Shown here: positions 49,497-59,761 of the stretch, piece after piece
How the letters are laid out: every line of letters starts with the position of its first letter
How positions within the stretch are numbered: the stretch's first letter is position 1
Origin: an uncultured Candidatus Saccharibacteria bacterium
Lineage (GTDB): Bacteria; Patescibacteriota; Saccharimonadia; Saccharimonadales; 2-12-FULL-41-12
NCBI GenBank assembly: GCA_964573095.1
Contig: CAZNIK010000001.1
Span: 313,004-377,003, forward strand
DNA length: 64,000 nucleotides
Direction of reading: 5' to 3'
Translations under genes and position numbers: made by a program
Notes under the pieces: model-generated
Database searches by the model: none
Told to the model about the DNA's origin: nothing
The model's input: only the letters and a program-made list of their open reading frames with translations

Positions 49497-50771
49497 TTAG
49501 TATTCAAAGCGGCCGTACTCGTGTGGCGAACCAACAACAATCTGATCGCCTGGATTAATTTTCTGACGCTCCAACTCATGCATTATCCCCATTTTTCTCA
49601 TAATATCACGCAAGCGATCTATCCCAGCCGGGTTGTCAAAGTTAGTGCGCTTTGCAAACCGTTCAATTTTTGGACCAGTTACCGTAAAGGTCGTATCGTT
49701 ATGGCGAACCGACCAGGCTGGAGTTTTATCGCCGAGCGTAATAATCGGAATCGTGTTTGGTAGGTTGGTATCGACTTCCTTTTGAGCGCTTAGTTCTTTT
49801 GCAACTGCAAAAAGTAGCTCTCGTACTCCATGGCCACTCATCGCAGAAATCGGAAATAGTTTTGTATTTTTGTGTATCACCTGACGTAACTTCGAAAGTT
49901 GATCCGCAACTATCTCCTCGTCTAAGCCATCAATTTTGTTGAGTGCTACTACTTCTTGGCGGGCTGACAGATCGATTCGATAGGCCTTAAGCTCCTGCCG
50001 AATTGTTAAGTAGGCGGTTGTGACATCTTCTTGATACGCGTCAATGACATGGATGAGTATCTTAGTGCGCTCGATATGGCGTAAAAATTCATCTCCCAAT
50101 CCTCTCCCAGCGCTCGCCCCTTTAATAAGTCCAGGTATGTCAGCAACGAGCAGGCTCTTGTGGTTATCAAGATCGGCGACACCAAGATTTGGCTTTGTAG
50201 TGGTAAACGGGTAGTCGGCAATCTCGGGCTTGGCGTTAGAAATACGGGCAAGAAGCGTTGACTTCCCCGCATTTGGCAGACCAACGAGACCAACTTCGGC
50301 GATAAGTTTGAGCTCCATGGTAACTTCGAGTTCCACCCCTGGCTCTCCCTTTTCGGCAATTTTTGGTGCCTGGCGTCGACTACTTACAAAGTGGGCATTG
50401 CCATACCCGCCCTTACCTCCTTTTGCGACCACCACGCGCTGACCATCTTGGATAATGTCTGCGATTAGTGTTCCCTGCTCGTCGTACATAACGGTACCAA
50501 TCGGCACTTTGACCTCGAGATCACCCCCTCGCCTACCATGTTTTTTTTGCTTCGCTCCAGCGTGTCCAGACTTTGCGATAAGCTCCTTGTGAAAGCGAAA
50601 CGAGGCCAGAGTATTTTGGTTAGTGCTTCCAATGGCGACAATATCTCCGCCGTCTCCGCCGTCTCCGCCGTCGGGACCACCTCGGTCAATAAACTTTTCG
50701 TGGCGAAAACTAACCACGCCGTCTCCGCCGTCTCCGCCGGCAACTTTAACCTTTACTTTATCTACAAACAT
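49497..50771 (-). CDS. obg: GTPase Obg/CgtA
   Basis: Gly-rich Obg fold (GGDGGDG repeats), G-domain GLPNAGKST/DIPG/NKID and a C-terminal OCT-like domain. Confidence 0.95.
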   Translation of the reverse strand: MFVDKVKVKVAGGDGGDGVVSFRHEKFIDRGGPDGGDGGDGGDIVAIGSTNQNTLASFRFHKELIAKSGHAGAKQKKHGRRGGDLEVKVPIGTVMYDEQGTLIADIIQDGQRVVVAKGGKGGYGNAHFVSSRRQAPKIAEKGEPGVELEVTMELKLIAEVGLVGLPNAGKSTLLARISNAKPEIADYPFTTTKPNLGVADLDNHKSLLVADIPGLIKGASAGRGLGDEFLRHIERTKILIHVIDAYQEDVTTAYLTIRQELKAYRIDLSARQEVVALNKIDGLDEEIVADQLSKLRQVIHKNTKLFPISAMSGHGVRELLFAVAKELSAQKEVDTNLPNTIPIITLGDKTPAWSVRHNDTTFTVTGPKIERFAKRTNFDNPAGIDRLRDIMRKMGIMHELERQKINPGDQIVVGSPHEYGRFEY

Positions 50772-50870
50772 CTACTTTATAGAGTAGTGAGTATTCGGTG
50801 ATGAGTCTAGAGCATTTTCGTTTCGATGGCCACAAAACCACCCAACATCTTACTGCAACTCCCAATGAAA

Positions 50871-51911
50871 CTAATAGATGAAGGCGTAGTTGCCCATTTC
50901 TGATGCGGGCACTGTTCGATATGTCACTTTGCCCCAAATAGGATAATTCATGTCTGAAAATAATGCTGACCCATCTGGGTTTACCTTTTCAACAAACGCA
51001 ACGTGTCCAAGCCCACCTATTGACTTGTGGTAGACCACAGCACCGTCTTGCGGCACATTCCCAGTTGGTAAACCAGCTTTGCGCGCGAGACTAAGCCAAG
51101 AGATGGCGTTGCCGAGGTTGCTCGGAATTGGACGACCTATTTCGCGCCGTCGATTTGCGGCGTGCCACGTACACCAGCCATAGTCATAGCCATTCGCGCT
51201 ATAAACTGGCGCGGAACCAAAGGCAAAACTAGATCCATACCCGCCAAACGCGGCAGTACCAACCGCCCTGTTCATTGTAGTGGTCGGCTGGATCGCGTCG
51301 GGAATAACTATCGTCTCTCCAACCGCAAATCCGCCAGTTATTTCTGCGTCGTTAAACGCAACCAGCTGATCCTTGTTGGAAAAATATCGATTGGCGATGG
51401 CATCTGGCGTATCGCCAGGCTTAACCACATACGTCATACCATTTACAGGACTAATAATAAGCACTTTTCCGACCGCCACCGCTTCGCCGCTCAATCCGTT
51501 GGAATTCCTTACAGTATCGGCGGTGATGCCAAATTTGGCAGCTATTGAACTGATGGTGTCGCCGGCTACGACGGTGTATTGTTTAATATCTTTCTTGGAC
51601 TTGAGGCCAGCCCCCACAATCTGTGGCTTCGCCACAACTTGATCGTCGGTACCAGCAACTGCGAGTTCGGCATTGAAGGTATCGGCCTTATTCACAACCG
51701 CAGTTGCCTCTTGCAAACCAGTTAATCGAGCCACATGAACCGCAACATCAGCTGACGAAATAGCGTCAAGTGGTTGACTTTGACTGGTTCCGCCAACTAA
51801 TTGGGCTTTGGCGGGCTCCTTGCTTGGTGAATCCACAGATTGTGCAGACACCGCAAAAAACCCTATACCCACCAGGAGCATAAGGTTGGCACTGATAACA
51901 CCAAAGCGCAC
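50871..51911 (-). CDS. Peptidoglycan hydrolase with LysM repeats and a C-terminal CHAP domain
   Basis: YTVVAGDTISSIAAKFG and YVVKPGDTPDAIANRY (LysM); GWCTWHAANRR...GHVAFVE (CHAP Cys/His). GTG start; the in-frame basic stretch upstream has no start codon. Confidence 0.8.
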   Translation of the reverse strand: MRFGVISANLMLLVGIGFFAVSAQSVDSPSKEPAKAQLVGGTSQSQPLDAISSADVAVHVARLTGLQEATAVVNKADTFNAELAVAGTDDQVVAKPQIVGAGLKSKKDIKQYTVVAGDTISSIAAKFGITADTVRNSNGLSGEAVAVGKVLIISPVNGMTYVVKPGDTPDAIANRYFSNKDQLVAFNDAEITGGFAVGETIVIPDAIQPTTTMNRAVGTAAFGGYGSSFAFGSAPVYSANGYDYGWCTWHAANRRREIGRPIPSNLGNAISWLSLARKAGLPTGNVPQDGAVVYHKSIGGLGHVAFVEKVNPDGSALFSDMNYPIWGKVTYRTVPASEMGNYAFIY

Positions 51912-52324
51912 AAAGCGCTTCTTCGTTCTCTTATTAAGACGCCGGTACGTTCGACGTACTGACGTAATAGGGTTTTTTGCAGATTTTCTAGAAGTTGAGC
52001 GGGTACCTGCAACAACACTAAAGTTACGAATAAACTTCTCCTAGCACCTGTAAGCTCTTTATTTCTTACTTATATTGGTGCCTGCACGTACACGGGTTGT
52101 TAATTATTATTTTCAAGAGCGATCGACCGTTCTTGACTTTCATAGTTATTCTTTGTGATCCGCGTAAGTGATAGTATCGACGAGATGACCCTTTATGATG
52201 ATAAAGCTTTGGCATTCATCAATACTATGAAGACGATTTTAGCAAAAAATGGGTATCAATTCAAGGCGTTTTTTGTTTTGCGACCCCTGTTAATATGCTT
52301 TTTTACAGAGGTGATTTTATGGGT

Positions 52325-53341
52325 TTAGCTACACAGTTTCGTGCAATACTTTTTGGTAAGTTCTTGATGCTCTTGGAGTGTCTTTGAAAAGTGAGTTTTT
52401 CCGTCATCACCAGAGACAAAATACAGCCAATCCGTTTGGGCGGGATTTGCGACGGCCGCAAGTGAACTTTCGGTTATGTTTCCAATAGGACCGGGGGGTA
52501 AACCCGCGATCTCGTAGGTGTTGTAGGCAGGACTGAGTTTTGCATAGTCGTTTGTTGCGTCGGATTCCAAACGAATACCTTCTTTTAGTCTCTTCTGAAA
52601 CACTTGCGAAACAAGGGCTCTGTCTTCTGGGCGACTCACTTCTTGCTCAATTATCGACGCTAGAATAATTGCTTGATGCAAAGAGAGTCCCCGCTTGGCC
52701 ACTTCCTGTCTCAGCTCGGGCGTAAGACGAAGTTGCATTTCATCCAAAGAACTCTTCACAATTTGCTTTGCGGAGGTTTCTGCGGTCTTCTGAAAGCTCT
52801 CTGGATACAAATACCCCTCCAGGCTTGCTTCTTTGGGTTTGTCGACAAGAGCTGGGTGTCCTTGATACTGCGCAGGATCAAGTGCAGTATCCACGTCGGA
52901 TGAACTGAAGCCAGATTTTATCAGCGAGGCTTTTACTTGATCAAGCCGTTGCCCTGGCAGAATGGTAACAAGGTCCGTCGCAACTTTGCCTTCAACCAAA
53001 ATACTCACCAGCTCTGGTACACTTTTTGACTGATCAAGTATGTACGTGCCAGCCTTGATATCGTCTTGAAGTTGGTGATTTCTCACGTACCACTCAAATG
53101 CCCAGCCATTTTTAATAACTTGTTTTGTTTGCAAGAGATCACCGACCTCCGGCGTTGTCATACCGGGCTGAATGGTCACCACATGGGTTTTGCCGACAGT
53201 ACTTAACGGCTTAAGGTTTTCATTATAGGCGTGACGAACAACTGCTGCACTTACAACAAGCGTAAGAACGAGAACAGCCCCCACGACTATCACAACTAGC
53301 TTGGTACGATTCCTTTTTGACTTACCTATTTCAAACTTCAT
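52325..53341 (-). CDS. mltG: Endolytic murein transglycosylase MltG (YceG-like)
   Basis: N-terminal TM segment, LEGYLYPESF and SIIEQE motifs. Confidence 0.9.
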   Translation of the reverse strand: MKFEIGKSKRNRTKLVVIVVGAVLVLTLVVSAAVVRHAYNENLKPLSTVGKTHVVTIQPGMTTPEVGDLLQTKQVIKNGWAFEWYVRNHQLQDDIKAGTYILDQSKSVPELVSILVEGKVATDLVTILPGQRLDQVKASLIKSGFSSSDVDTALDPAQYQGHPALVDKPKEASLEGYLYPESFQKTAETSAKQIVKSSLDEMQLRLTPELRQEVAKRGLSLHQAIILASIIEQEVSRPEDRALVSQVFQKRLKEGIRLESDATNDYAKLSPAYNTYEIAGLPPGPIGNITESSLAAVANPAQTDWLYFVSGDDGKTHFSKTLQEHQELTKKYCTKLCS

Positions 53342-53760
53342 GCACTGTCTATGATATCGAAATATTCCTTAAGAATGAAACAGGCCGCCACAGAATCTTG
53401 TGAAATTTTTGTCCCTTTCCTGCCTTCCAACCACTGATCAGCACGCGTCGAACTTAGTGATTCGTCCACAAAAACAGGGTGAATCCGCAGCGTAGCTTCA
53501 AGTTCCTTGGTAAACTCCCTTATTGACTGACTTTGGGCGGTTTCCTCTCCGCTGAGGTTTCTCGGAATACCAATAACAACTACGCTGATTGATTCGCGCT
53601 GTAGTATCAATGATAATTGCTCGAACAGTGTTTTATCGCGAGGCAAAGTTTCGATGGGACGGGGTAATTTTGCAACTGTACCAGCAACCGCCAGCCCAAC
53701 GCGGGCATCACCAACATCCAGACCCAGAACAAAGACGTTACGGTTTGAGGGTTGTGCCAT
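53338..53760 (-). CDS. ruvX: Holliday-junction resolvase-like RuvX/YqgF
   Basis: LGLDVGDARVGLA N-terminus and the YqgF pattern. Confidence 0.9.
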   Translation of the reverse strand: MAQPSNRNVFVLGLDVGDARVGLAVAGTVAKLPRPIETLPRDKTLFEQLSLILQRESISVVVIGIPRNLSGEETAQSQSIREFTKELEATLRIHPVFVDESLSSTRADQWLEGRKGTKISQDSVAACFILKEYFDIIDSA

Positions 53761-55420
53761 CAGACTCTTGGATTACGATGGTAATTCTTGCATCCTTCTT
53801 TGGAACGGAGTAAATCCAGAATGGCTTGGTTTCGATGCGAACTTCCTTGATGCCTGGGCGTGCAGCGATAGCTTGCTCGGCTTCCCCCCTCTTTTTGCCA
53901 GCAATATCCTTCTTTATGGCATTTTGATCTATTTCGGGACCGGCCACTATTTGTGCTTGGACACCAATTGGTGTCCGGGTAGTTTTCTTCGTTCCCAGTT
54001 TGTAGCTCGCATCATCAATCCCATAACTTAAAATGGCTTGTTTTTGAGTATCAATTTGTTCACCCGCCGCTTTTTTTATCAAATTCTTCAAATCATCCTC
54101 CTTGACACCAAGCATTGTGTACGTCGTCTCGCTGGTGACACTCACTTCGCTGGCCTCACTATCTACTGCAGGAGTTACTGAAATCTTGGGGGTGCCAGCA
54201 TTAAATGTATCACCAATGGCAATAAAGCCTTCTTTTTTAAGGTTCTTCTTAAGTTCATCTTGAAAGCTCCCTTGTTTGGCGGTAAGTTTTTGCTTTGCTG
54301 ACTCTACATCGCTTGCAGAGACAACTTTCACAACTTGACTTGTGCCGCCACTCATTGCCGAACCATTGGCATTCACGCCGCCAAAACCAGCAACACTATA
54401 GGATCTTGCGCTGACATTATATTTATCGCCTGGGTTTTGAGCGATTACCGAAACGTCTTTTGTGCTCGATAAACAAGTTCCGCCTCCAGAAAATACACTC
54501 GGATCAAGGGTGACAGCGGCCTGGGTTATGAAAGTAAACTCGCCAGAACTGACCCCGCTACCAGCGGGAATAGTGAGTGCACCGTCACTCTGTGAACAGT
54601 TTTTCATGGTCATCGTGCCGGAAGCTTTGTTGCCTTTGTCTTTTTGGCCCGTGGCAGCAACTTTTTCGGTATCAGTTTTTTTTAGTTCTTGGTTTTTGGC
54701 AGGAATCACCCCAGTTTCTTCATCCAGCGATGTGGCTGCAGTATCAGCAATCATATCGAAGTTCACCGAAAGATTGCTGGTTTCACCCTTTAGCGTCACA
54801 ACTGCTTTTGGCGCAATAAAATACGCCCAATACCACCCAAGAATCAGCAATAGTAGAGCGGCAAGGCCTCCAAAAAGTAACACCCGAAATTTATTAAAGT
54901 TTGGAACCTTCATTTTGCCTTTTTTCCCGGATTTTTTGGCTTTGTTCTTGCTTTTTGACGACGTGCCATCGCCCGCGGTCTGAGGCGTACTGTTGTCTAT
55001 CTCGATTGCCGCTGGTTCCTGCTGACTGGCAGACGTGGCCTCTTGGGCGGCAGTCACATCACCAACGGTGGTGTCTGGCTCAATCGCAACTGGTTCCTTG
55101 GGAACTTGCTCTGCATTTTCGGACGGGGGCAACGGTAATGTCGGTTTAGAACTCAAGCTAGACGCCACATACAAACCAGCCATTCCAGCCAGTGGCAGAA
55201 GAGTTGATTCACTAGTGATAAGCACAACCTGTTTATCGTTTTGATCGGCAGCTCGTTTCAACAGCTTCATATTGACACTTGACTGCAATACGCTGGCACG
55301 TTTTGGTAATACTAAGGCTACGATTGACGTCGTAGATGACGTCACCTTGTCAACAATGCTCGTAATCTCTTCGTCAACGTCGACGTAGACGGTGCTTTTT
55401 TTCGAATTATCGGCACTCAT
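53738..55420 (-). CDS. Hypothetical bitopic membrane protein downstream of ftsA
   Basis: 560 aa: cytoplasmic N-domain, S/T/A/K-rich linker, one TM segment and a ~330-aa external domain. No family recognised. Confidence 0.55.
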   Translation of the reverse strand: MSADNSKKSTVYVDVDEEITSIVDKVTSSTTSIVALVLPKRASVLQSSVNMKLLKRAADQNDKQVVLITSESTLLPLAGMAGLYVASSLSSKPTLPLPPSENAEQVPKEPVAIEPDTTVGDVTAAQEATSASQQEPAAIEIDNSTPQTAGDGTSSKSKNKAKKSGKKGKMKVPNFNKFRVLLFGGLAALLLLILGWYWAYFIAPKAVVTLKGETSNLSVNFDMIADTAATSLDEETGVIPAKNQELKKTDTEKVAATGQKDKGNKASGTMTMKNCSQSDGALTIPAGSGVSSGEFTFITQAAVTLDPSVFSGGGTCLSSTKDVSVIAQNPGDKYNVSARSYSVAGFGGVNANGSAMSGGTSQVVKVVSASDVESAKQKLTAKQGSFQDELKKNLKKEGFIAIGDTFNAGTPKISVTPAVDSEASEVSVTSETTYTMLGVKEDDLKNLIKKAAGEQIDTQKQAILSYGIDDASYKLGTKKTTRTPIGVQAQIVAGPEIDQNAIKKDIAGKKRGEAEQAIAARPGIKEVRIETKPFWIYSVPKKDARITIVIQESDGTTLKP

Positions 55421-56712
55421 ATACGTAGTATCCTATCAAATTTCTCTCTTATAGAGCTATCCTTTGCCACTTGACTTTGTTCAAGCGTATCTAGGCCAAC
55501 TCGCAATAAACCCATGGCGGTCACGAAGGTGTGGTCGCTTACGGCAGCCGTTGTGTCTTTGATGCCAACGACTTGGTCGGGCGAAATAAAGTCAATTGAC
55601 GGTTTGCGCGTAAACGGGACATTCGCGTACCAATTGGTTTCGTCGAGTGCCTGGCGTAGGTTTTGAAGACTCGCTCCGCCTCCACACAAGAGAATGCGGT
55701 GAGGAATGTTATCTAAGTTCGTAAACTCGCTCAAAGCCAGCTCAACGCCGGCAATCCATACATCACAGGTTTTATTGAGTGCCCTATCAACATCTTCTTG
55801 TTGTTTTGGGGGCATAACTTGATGTTCAACACTGAGTTTCAGTTTTTCAGCAAGCGCGTAATCGATGCCAAGGTCGCGTTCAATCGCCCTTGTAAACGCC
55901 CGCCCGCCAATTCCAAACATTTTCGTACCTTGAACTCCTCCATCGTTGATAATCGCAATATCAGTGGTGCCACCGCCAACGTCCATCAGTACGGCACTCA
56001 TGCTGGCGTTTGGGTTATCACCGATAACGGAACGGGCGACTGCAAAGGGCTCTGCCGCAACTGCCAGAAGATCCAGATCAAGTTCTTGAGCAACTCTCTC
56101 AAGTGCCGAGATGTGTATCATTGGCGCAAAAGCTGTATATAGCTGCACCACCACGTCACGACCCTTAAAACCAATGGGATTTGTAACAGTATAGCCGTCG
56201 ATGGTTATGCCCACCAACGCACTATTCACCAGTCGCACATCAAGATTCTTTCCACCCATCTCAGTTAAAATGTTCTTTTTTGCCTGCGTGCTGGCGCGTT
56301 CTTGCACCAGTGCGACAATTTGCTCCATCTCATCAATGTCTATTTCCAAATTGGGATCTTTTCGTGTACAGGTAACTGTACTCGTCGTGCCTTTTACCAG
56401 CTCTCCGGCGATGCCCATGATCGCTGTTCTCGCGCTTACCCCAGCCTGCTCTTCGGCCTTTGCGAGCGCTTGATTGCAGTTTTGAACAACCCCCCCAATA
56501 TCAGCGATGGCACCGGCTTGCATATCAGAAAGTTGTTGATGTGCTCGGCCAACGCCCACGATCTCAATTTCTTCGGCGTTCACTTTTCCAATTAACGCTT
56601 TTACGTACTCTGTGCCAACGTCCAAAGCCACAATATACCGTTCGGGGGTTATTTTCGCGCCCTTGACCTTCGACAGCGCCTTTGACTGAGCCTGTTTTAT
56701 TTTATGAAGCAT
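55417..56712 (-). CDS. ftsA: Actin-like cell-division ATPase FtsA
   Basis: ALDVGTEYVKA phosphate-1, DVGGGTTDIA phosphate-2, LCGGGA adenosine motif. Confidence 0.8.
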   Translation of the reverse strand: MLHKIKQAQSKALSKVKGAKITPERYIVALDVGTEYVKALIGKVNAEEIEIVGVGRAHQQLSDMQAGAIADIGGVVQNCNQALAKAEEQAGVSARTAIMGIAGELVKGTTSTVTCTRKDPNLEIDIDEMEQIVALVQERASTQAKKNILTEMGGKNLDVRLVNSALVGITIDGYTVTNPIGFKGRDVVVQLYTAFAPMIHISALERVAQELDLDLLAVAAEPFAVARSVIGDNPNASMSAVLMDVGGGTTDIAIINDGGVQGTKMFGIGGRAFTRAIERDLGIDYALAEKLKLSVEHQVMPPKQQEDVDRALNKTCDVWIAGVELALSEFTNLDNIPHRILLCGGGASLQNLRQALDETNWYANVPFTRKPSIDFISPDQVVGIKDTTAAVSDHTFVTAMGLLRVGLDTLEQSQVAKDSSIREKFDRILRI

Positions 56713-56748
56713 ACTCTACTACAGTATAACGCTCGCGCAAGGGAGAAA

Positions 56749-58626
56749 CTACCCTAAAATAGCTTTAATTCGACGCACACCAGCACTCGATGCCTCTTCT
56801 TTGATTACCTTAAAGCGCTTTCCGCCCTCAGCCAACACGCCGGTATGCGCAACATGGGGTCCGCCACAAATCTCAACACTAAAAGGTTCCTCGCCGTCTC
56901 TTCCCATGCTATAGACTTTTACGATATCGCCGTATTTGTCTCCAAACGCACCTTTCGCACCACGCTCAAATGCTTCTTTGGTTGGGTAGTCCTTCACCGT
57001 TACTTGCAAATCTTTGTCTATTTGTTCGTTGACTATTTGCTCAACGCTTCTGAGCTGTTCGGGCGTTACTTTTTCGGGATGGGAAAAATCAAATCGAGTT
57101 CGCTCGGCAGTCACGTTCGAACCTCTTTGAACCACATGTTCTCCGAGCACCCGACGCAGGGCTTCGTAGAGAAGATGGGTCGCCGTATGAAGTTTGGTGG
57201 TTTCGAGCGAGTGATCGGCAAGTCCGCCCTTAAATACTCCTTTGCCGGCGGTCTGTGATCTTTCGCGTTGTTCAGCCATTTTTCGATCAAACACTGCGTG
57301 CCAGTCAGCCGCAAGACCTATACCTCGCCTCTGCGCCTCTTCCAAGCTTAGCTCAAGAGGAAAACCATAGGTGTCGTACAGCGTAAAAAGTTCTTCTCCA
57401 GTAAGTCCGTCACTACTGAACTTATCGAGCACTCGTAAGCCCTTGCGAAGTGTCTCGCGGAAAATCTTCTCTTCGCGCACCATAAACTGGATGGTCTTCT
57501 CTCGACTCTCTCCGACTTCTGGAAAATCTTGGTGATATATGTCAATGATTTTCGGGGCGAGTTGGCTACACAAATCCTTCTCAACCCCCAAGTCAAACGC
57601 AAAACGAATTGATCGACGCATCAACCGTCTCACGACATAGCCTTGCTCCTTGTTGCTTGGTGATGCCCCATCAGTAATCAACAACACCACCGCGCGAAGG
57701 TGGTCGGCAATGACTCGCATACTTTCGTTGTGGTCGGCATATGCTTTTTGAGTGAGTTTTTCAAGTTGTTTGATAATCGGCCACAAGACGCTAATTTTGA
57801 ATACGTCTGGGGTATCGAGTGCCGCGGCAGCAATTCTTTCGAGACCACCCCCGTAATCTACGTTTTTGTTGGGTAGTTTTTCAAAGCCATTTTTAGTTTT
57901 TATATATTCAATAAATACAGAATTCCCAAGCTCAATATACCTGCCACAATCACAATTAACATGACATTTTTCGCCATAACTCTCATCATGCTGTTGGCTG
58001 GGATATAAGTAGAACATTTCTGTGTCTGGTCCGCCAATTTCACCGACCGGCATATGCCTTGCGCTACCTGCGCGAGACCACCAGTTTTTGTCACCGTAAA
58101 ATGAAATACGAGCGTTTTGGCCTCCCTTTTTGTACCCATCTTCTTCTGATCCGACGTCCAATTGATCGTGGTCAAGGCCTGCGCTACGAAAGATTTTCTT
58201 CCATATTTCAGCACTTTCAACATCTCTTGGTACTCCTAGTGTTTCATCACCTATAAAGCACGTTACATAAATCCGATTTGGATCTAGCTTTATAACTTGA
58301 GTAAGGAATTCCCAAAACCAATTAATCTGCTCTTGCTTAAAATAATCACCGAAAGACCAGTTGCCAAGCATTTCAAAAAAAGTCGTATGACGATTGTTGC
58401 CAACCTCATCCATGTCCTCAGCTCGAAAACACGCTTGACTATCAACAACGCGCTTTCCAGCAGGGTGCGACTCTCCGAGCAAGTATGGCACCAAAGGCTG
58501 CATACCCGAACCAGTAAACAATGTGGTTGGATCGTTTTGGGGTATTAGCGAAGCCCGAGGTATAACCGCGTGTCCTCGCTCCTCGAAAAAGGCCAAATAC
58601 ATTTGGCGGATTTTTTGTGCATCCAT
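56749..58626 (-). CDS. alaS: Alanyl-tRNA synthetase, short form (~625 aa, no C-Ala domain)
   Basis: FFEMLGNWSFGDYFK class II core and editing-domain HxxxH (HTATHLL)...CGGPHV. The ORF ends right after the editing domain. I prefer the ATG at 58626. Confidence 0.93.
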   Translation of the reverse strand: MDAQKIRQMYLAFFEERGHAVIPRASLIPQNDPTTLFTGSGMQPLVPYLLGESHPAGKRVVDSQACFRAEDMDEVGNNRHTTFFEMLGNWSFGDYFKQEQINWFWEFLTQVIKLDPNRIYVTCFIGDETLGVPRDVESAEIWKKIFRSAGLDHDQLDVGSEEDGYKKGGQNARISFYGDKNWWSRAGSARHMPVGEIGGPDTEMFYLYPSQQHDESYGEKCHVNCDCGRYIELGNSVFIEYIKTKNGFEKLPNKNVDYGGGLERIAAAALDTPDVFKISVLWPIIKQLEKLTQKAYADHNESMRVIADHLRAVVLLITDGASPSNKEQGYVVRRLMRRSIRFAFDLGVEKDLCSQLAPKIIDIYHQDFPEVGESREKTIQFMVREEKIFRETLRKGLRVLDKFSSDGLTGEELFTLYDTYGFPLELSLEEAQRRGIGLAADWHAVFDRKMAEQRERSQTAGKGVFKGGLADHSLETTKLHTATHLLYEALRRVLGEHVVQRGSNVTAERTRFDFSHPEKVTPEQLRSVEQIVNEQIDKDLQVTVKDYPTKEAFERGAKGAFGDKYGDIVKVYSMGRDGEEPFSVEICGGPHVAHTGVLAEGGKRFKVIKEEASSAGVRRIKAILG

Positions 58627-58661
58627 TTGTACTATTCTAACAGATATAAACGCCGTTCCTG

Positions 58662-59720
58662 TCAATTATTTGTAAGACGGCTCTGCGAGATAATTCCCCC
58701 GCCCAGCACTTTATCCTTGTCGTATATGACAGCGGACTGGCCGGGAGCAATCGCCCGTTGCGGCTCTTGAAGCTGGAGTTTTACGCAATCTTGGTCTTTT
58801 TTGATCGTTGTCGCCACCAAAGGCCCCCGATATCGAAGCCGAACCGTGTAGCTTTGGTCGCCTGGCGCTTTGTTTATCCAGTGGATTGATCGAATTGTGA
58901 CTTCGTTCGCCCATAAGTGGCTATCTTGGAGGTCAGTTGTTACGTACACGGTATTAGTTTTCATATCTTTATGCGTCACGTAATATGGTAGACCTCCACC
59001 GACTCGAAGCCCGTGTCGCTGACCAATAGTATAAAAAATGGCTCCCTCGTGCTCACCAAGCTCAATACCGTAGGCGTCTACGATTGGCCCAGGCATGGCT
59101 TCAAGGTATTGCGACAAAAAGTCCTTTATGCCGACCTTGCCCACAAAGCAAATGCCCTGGCTGTCTTTCTTGTCCGCAGTTACCAGACCTTGCTTCTGGG
59201 CATACCGACGCACCTCAACCTTGGACGAAAAATCACCAATCGGAAATAAGGTTTTTTTTAAGGCTTCGGTTTTGAGCCGATAAAGAAAATAGGTTTGGTC
59301 TTTTTCGCGATTTTGGGCAACGTAAAGCGATCCGTTTTTGGTGCGAGCATAATGACCCATCGCAATTGCTTCTGCCCCTTCTGCTGTCGCGGTGTCCAGA
59401 AATAGCTTAAACTTAATTTCTTGGTTGCACATGATGTCGGGGTTTGGGGTGCGACCAGCTTTATACTCCTCAATCATATAGTCAACGACCTTTTGCTTGT
59501 ATTGGTTCTCAAAATCAAACACCGTAAAATCAATACCAAGCTTGACTGAGACACGTTTGGCATCTCGAAAATCATCTTTCCACGGACAACTAAACCCAGG
59601 GAGATCTTGGGTCCAGTTCTTCATGTAGACACCCACGACGTTGTAGCCTTGGTCTTTCAACACGGCGGCCGCCACAGAGCTATCAACCCCGCCACTCATA
59701 CCAACAAATACTGTCTTCAT
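58662..59720 (-). CDS. mnmA: tRNA 2-thiouridine(34) synthase
   Basis: PP-loop GMSGGVDSSVAA and catalytic Cys residues. I prefer the ATG at 59720. Confidence 0.93.
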   Translation of the reverse strand: MKTVFVGMSGGVDSSVAAAVLKDQGYNVVGVYMKNWTQDLPGFSCPWKDDFRDAKRVSVKLGIDFTVFDFENQYKQKVVDYMIEEYKAGRTPNPDIMCNQEIKFKLFLDTATAEGAEAIAMGHYARTKNGSLYVAQNREKDQTYFLYRLKTEALKKTLFPIGDFSSKVEVRRYAQKQGLVTADKKDSQGICFVGKVGIKDFLSQYLEAMPGPIVDAYGIELGEHEGAIFYTIGQRHGLRVGGGLPYYVTHKDMKTNTVYVTTDLQDSHLWANEVTIRSIHWINKAPGDQSYTVRLRYRGPLVATTIKKDQDCVKLQLQEPQRAIAPGQSAVIYDKDKVLGGGIISQSRLTNN

Positions 59721-59761
59721 CGTTATCAAATCATACCACACATAACAGAGGTGGGGTTTTA

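Noticed and set aside
50640-50745. Tandem 9-nt repeats (CCGCCGTCT)n that look like a micro-satellite or short repeat array
   Set aside because: They encode the GGDGGDGGDG glycine-rich strands of the Obg N-terminal fold. This is ordinary coding sequence, not a repeat element or CRISPR.
51912-52228. c-di-AMP (ydaO-type) riboswitch upstream of the cell-wall hydrolase
   Set aside because: I could not find the conserved GGGGA.CC / CCCGAA.CCGACAGCUAACC-type blocks that I remember. Only generic hairpins are present.
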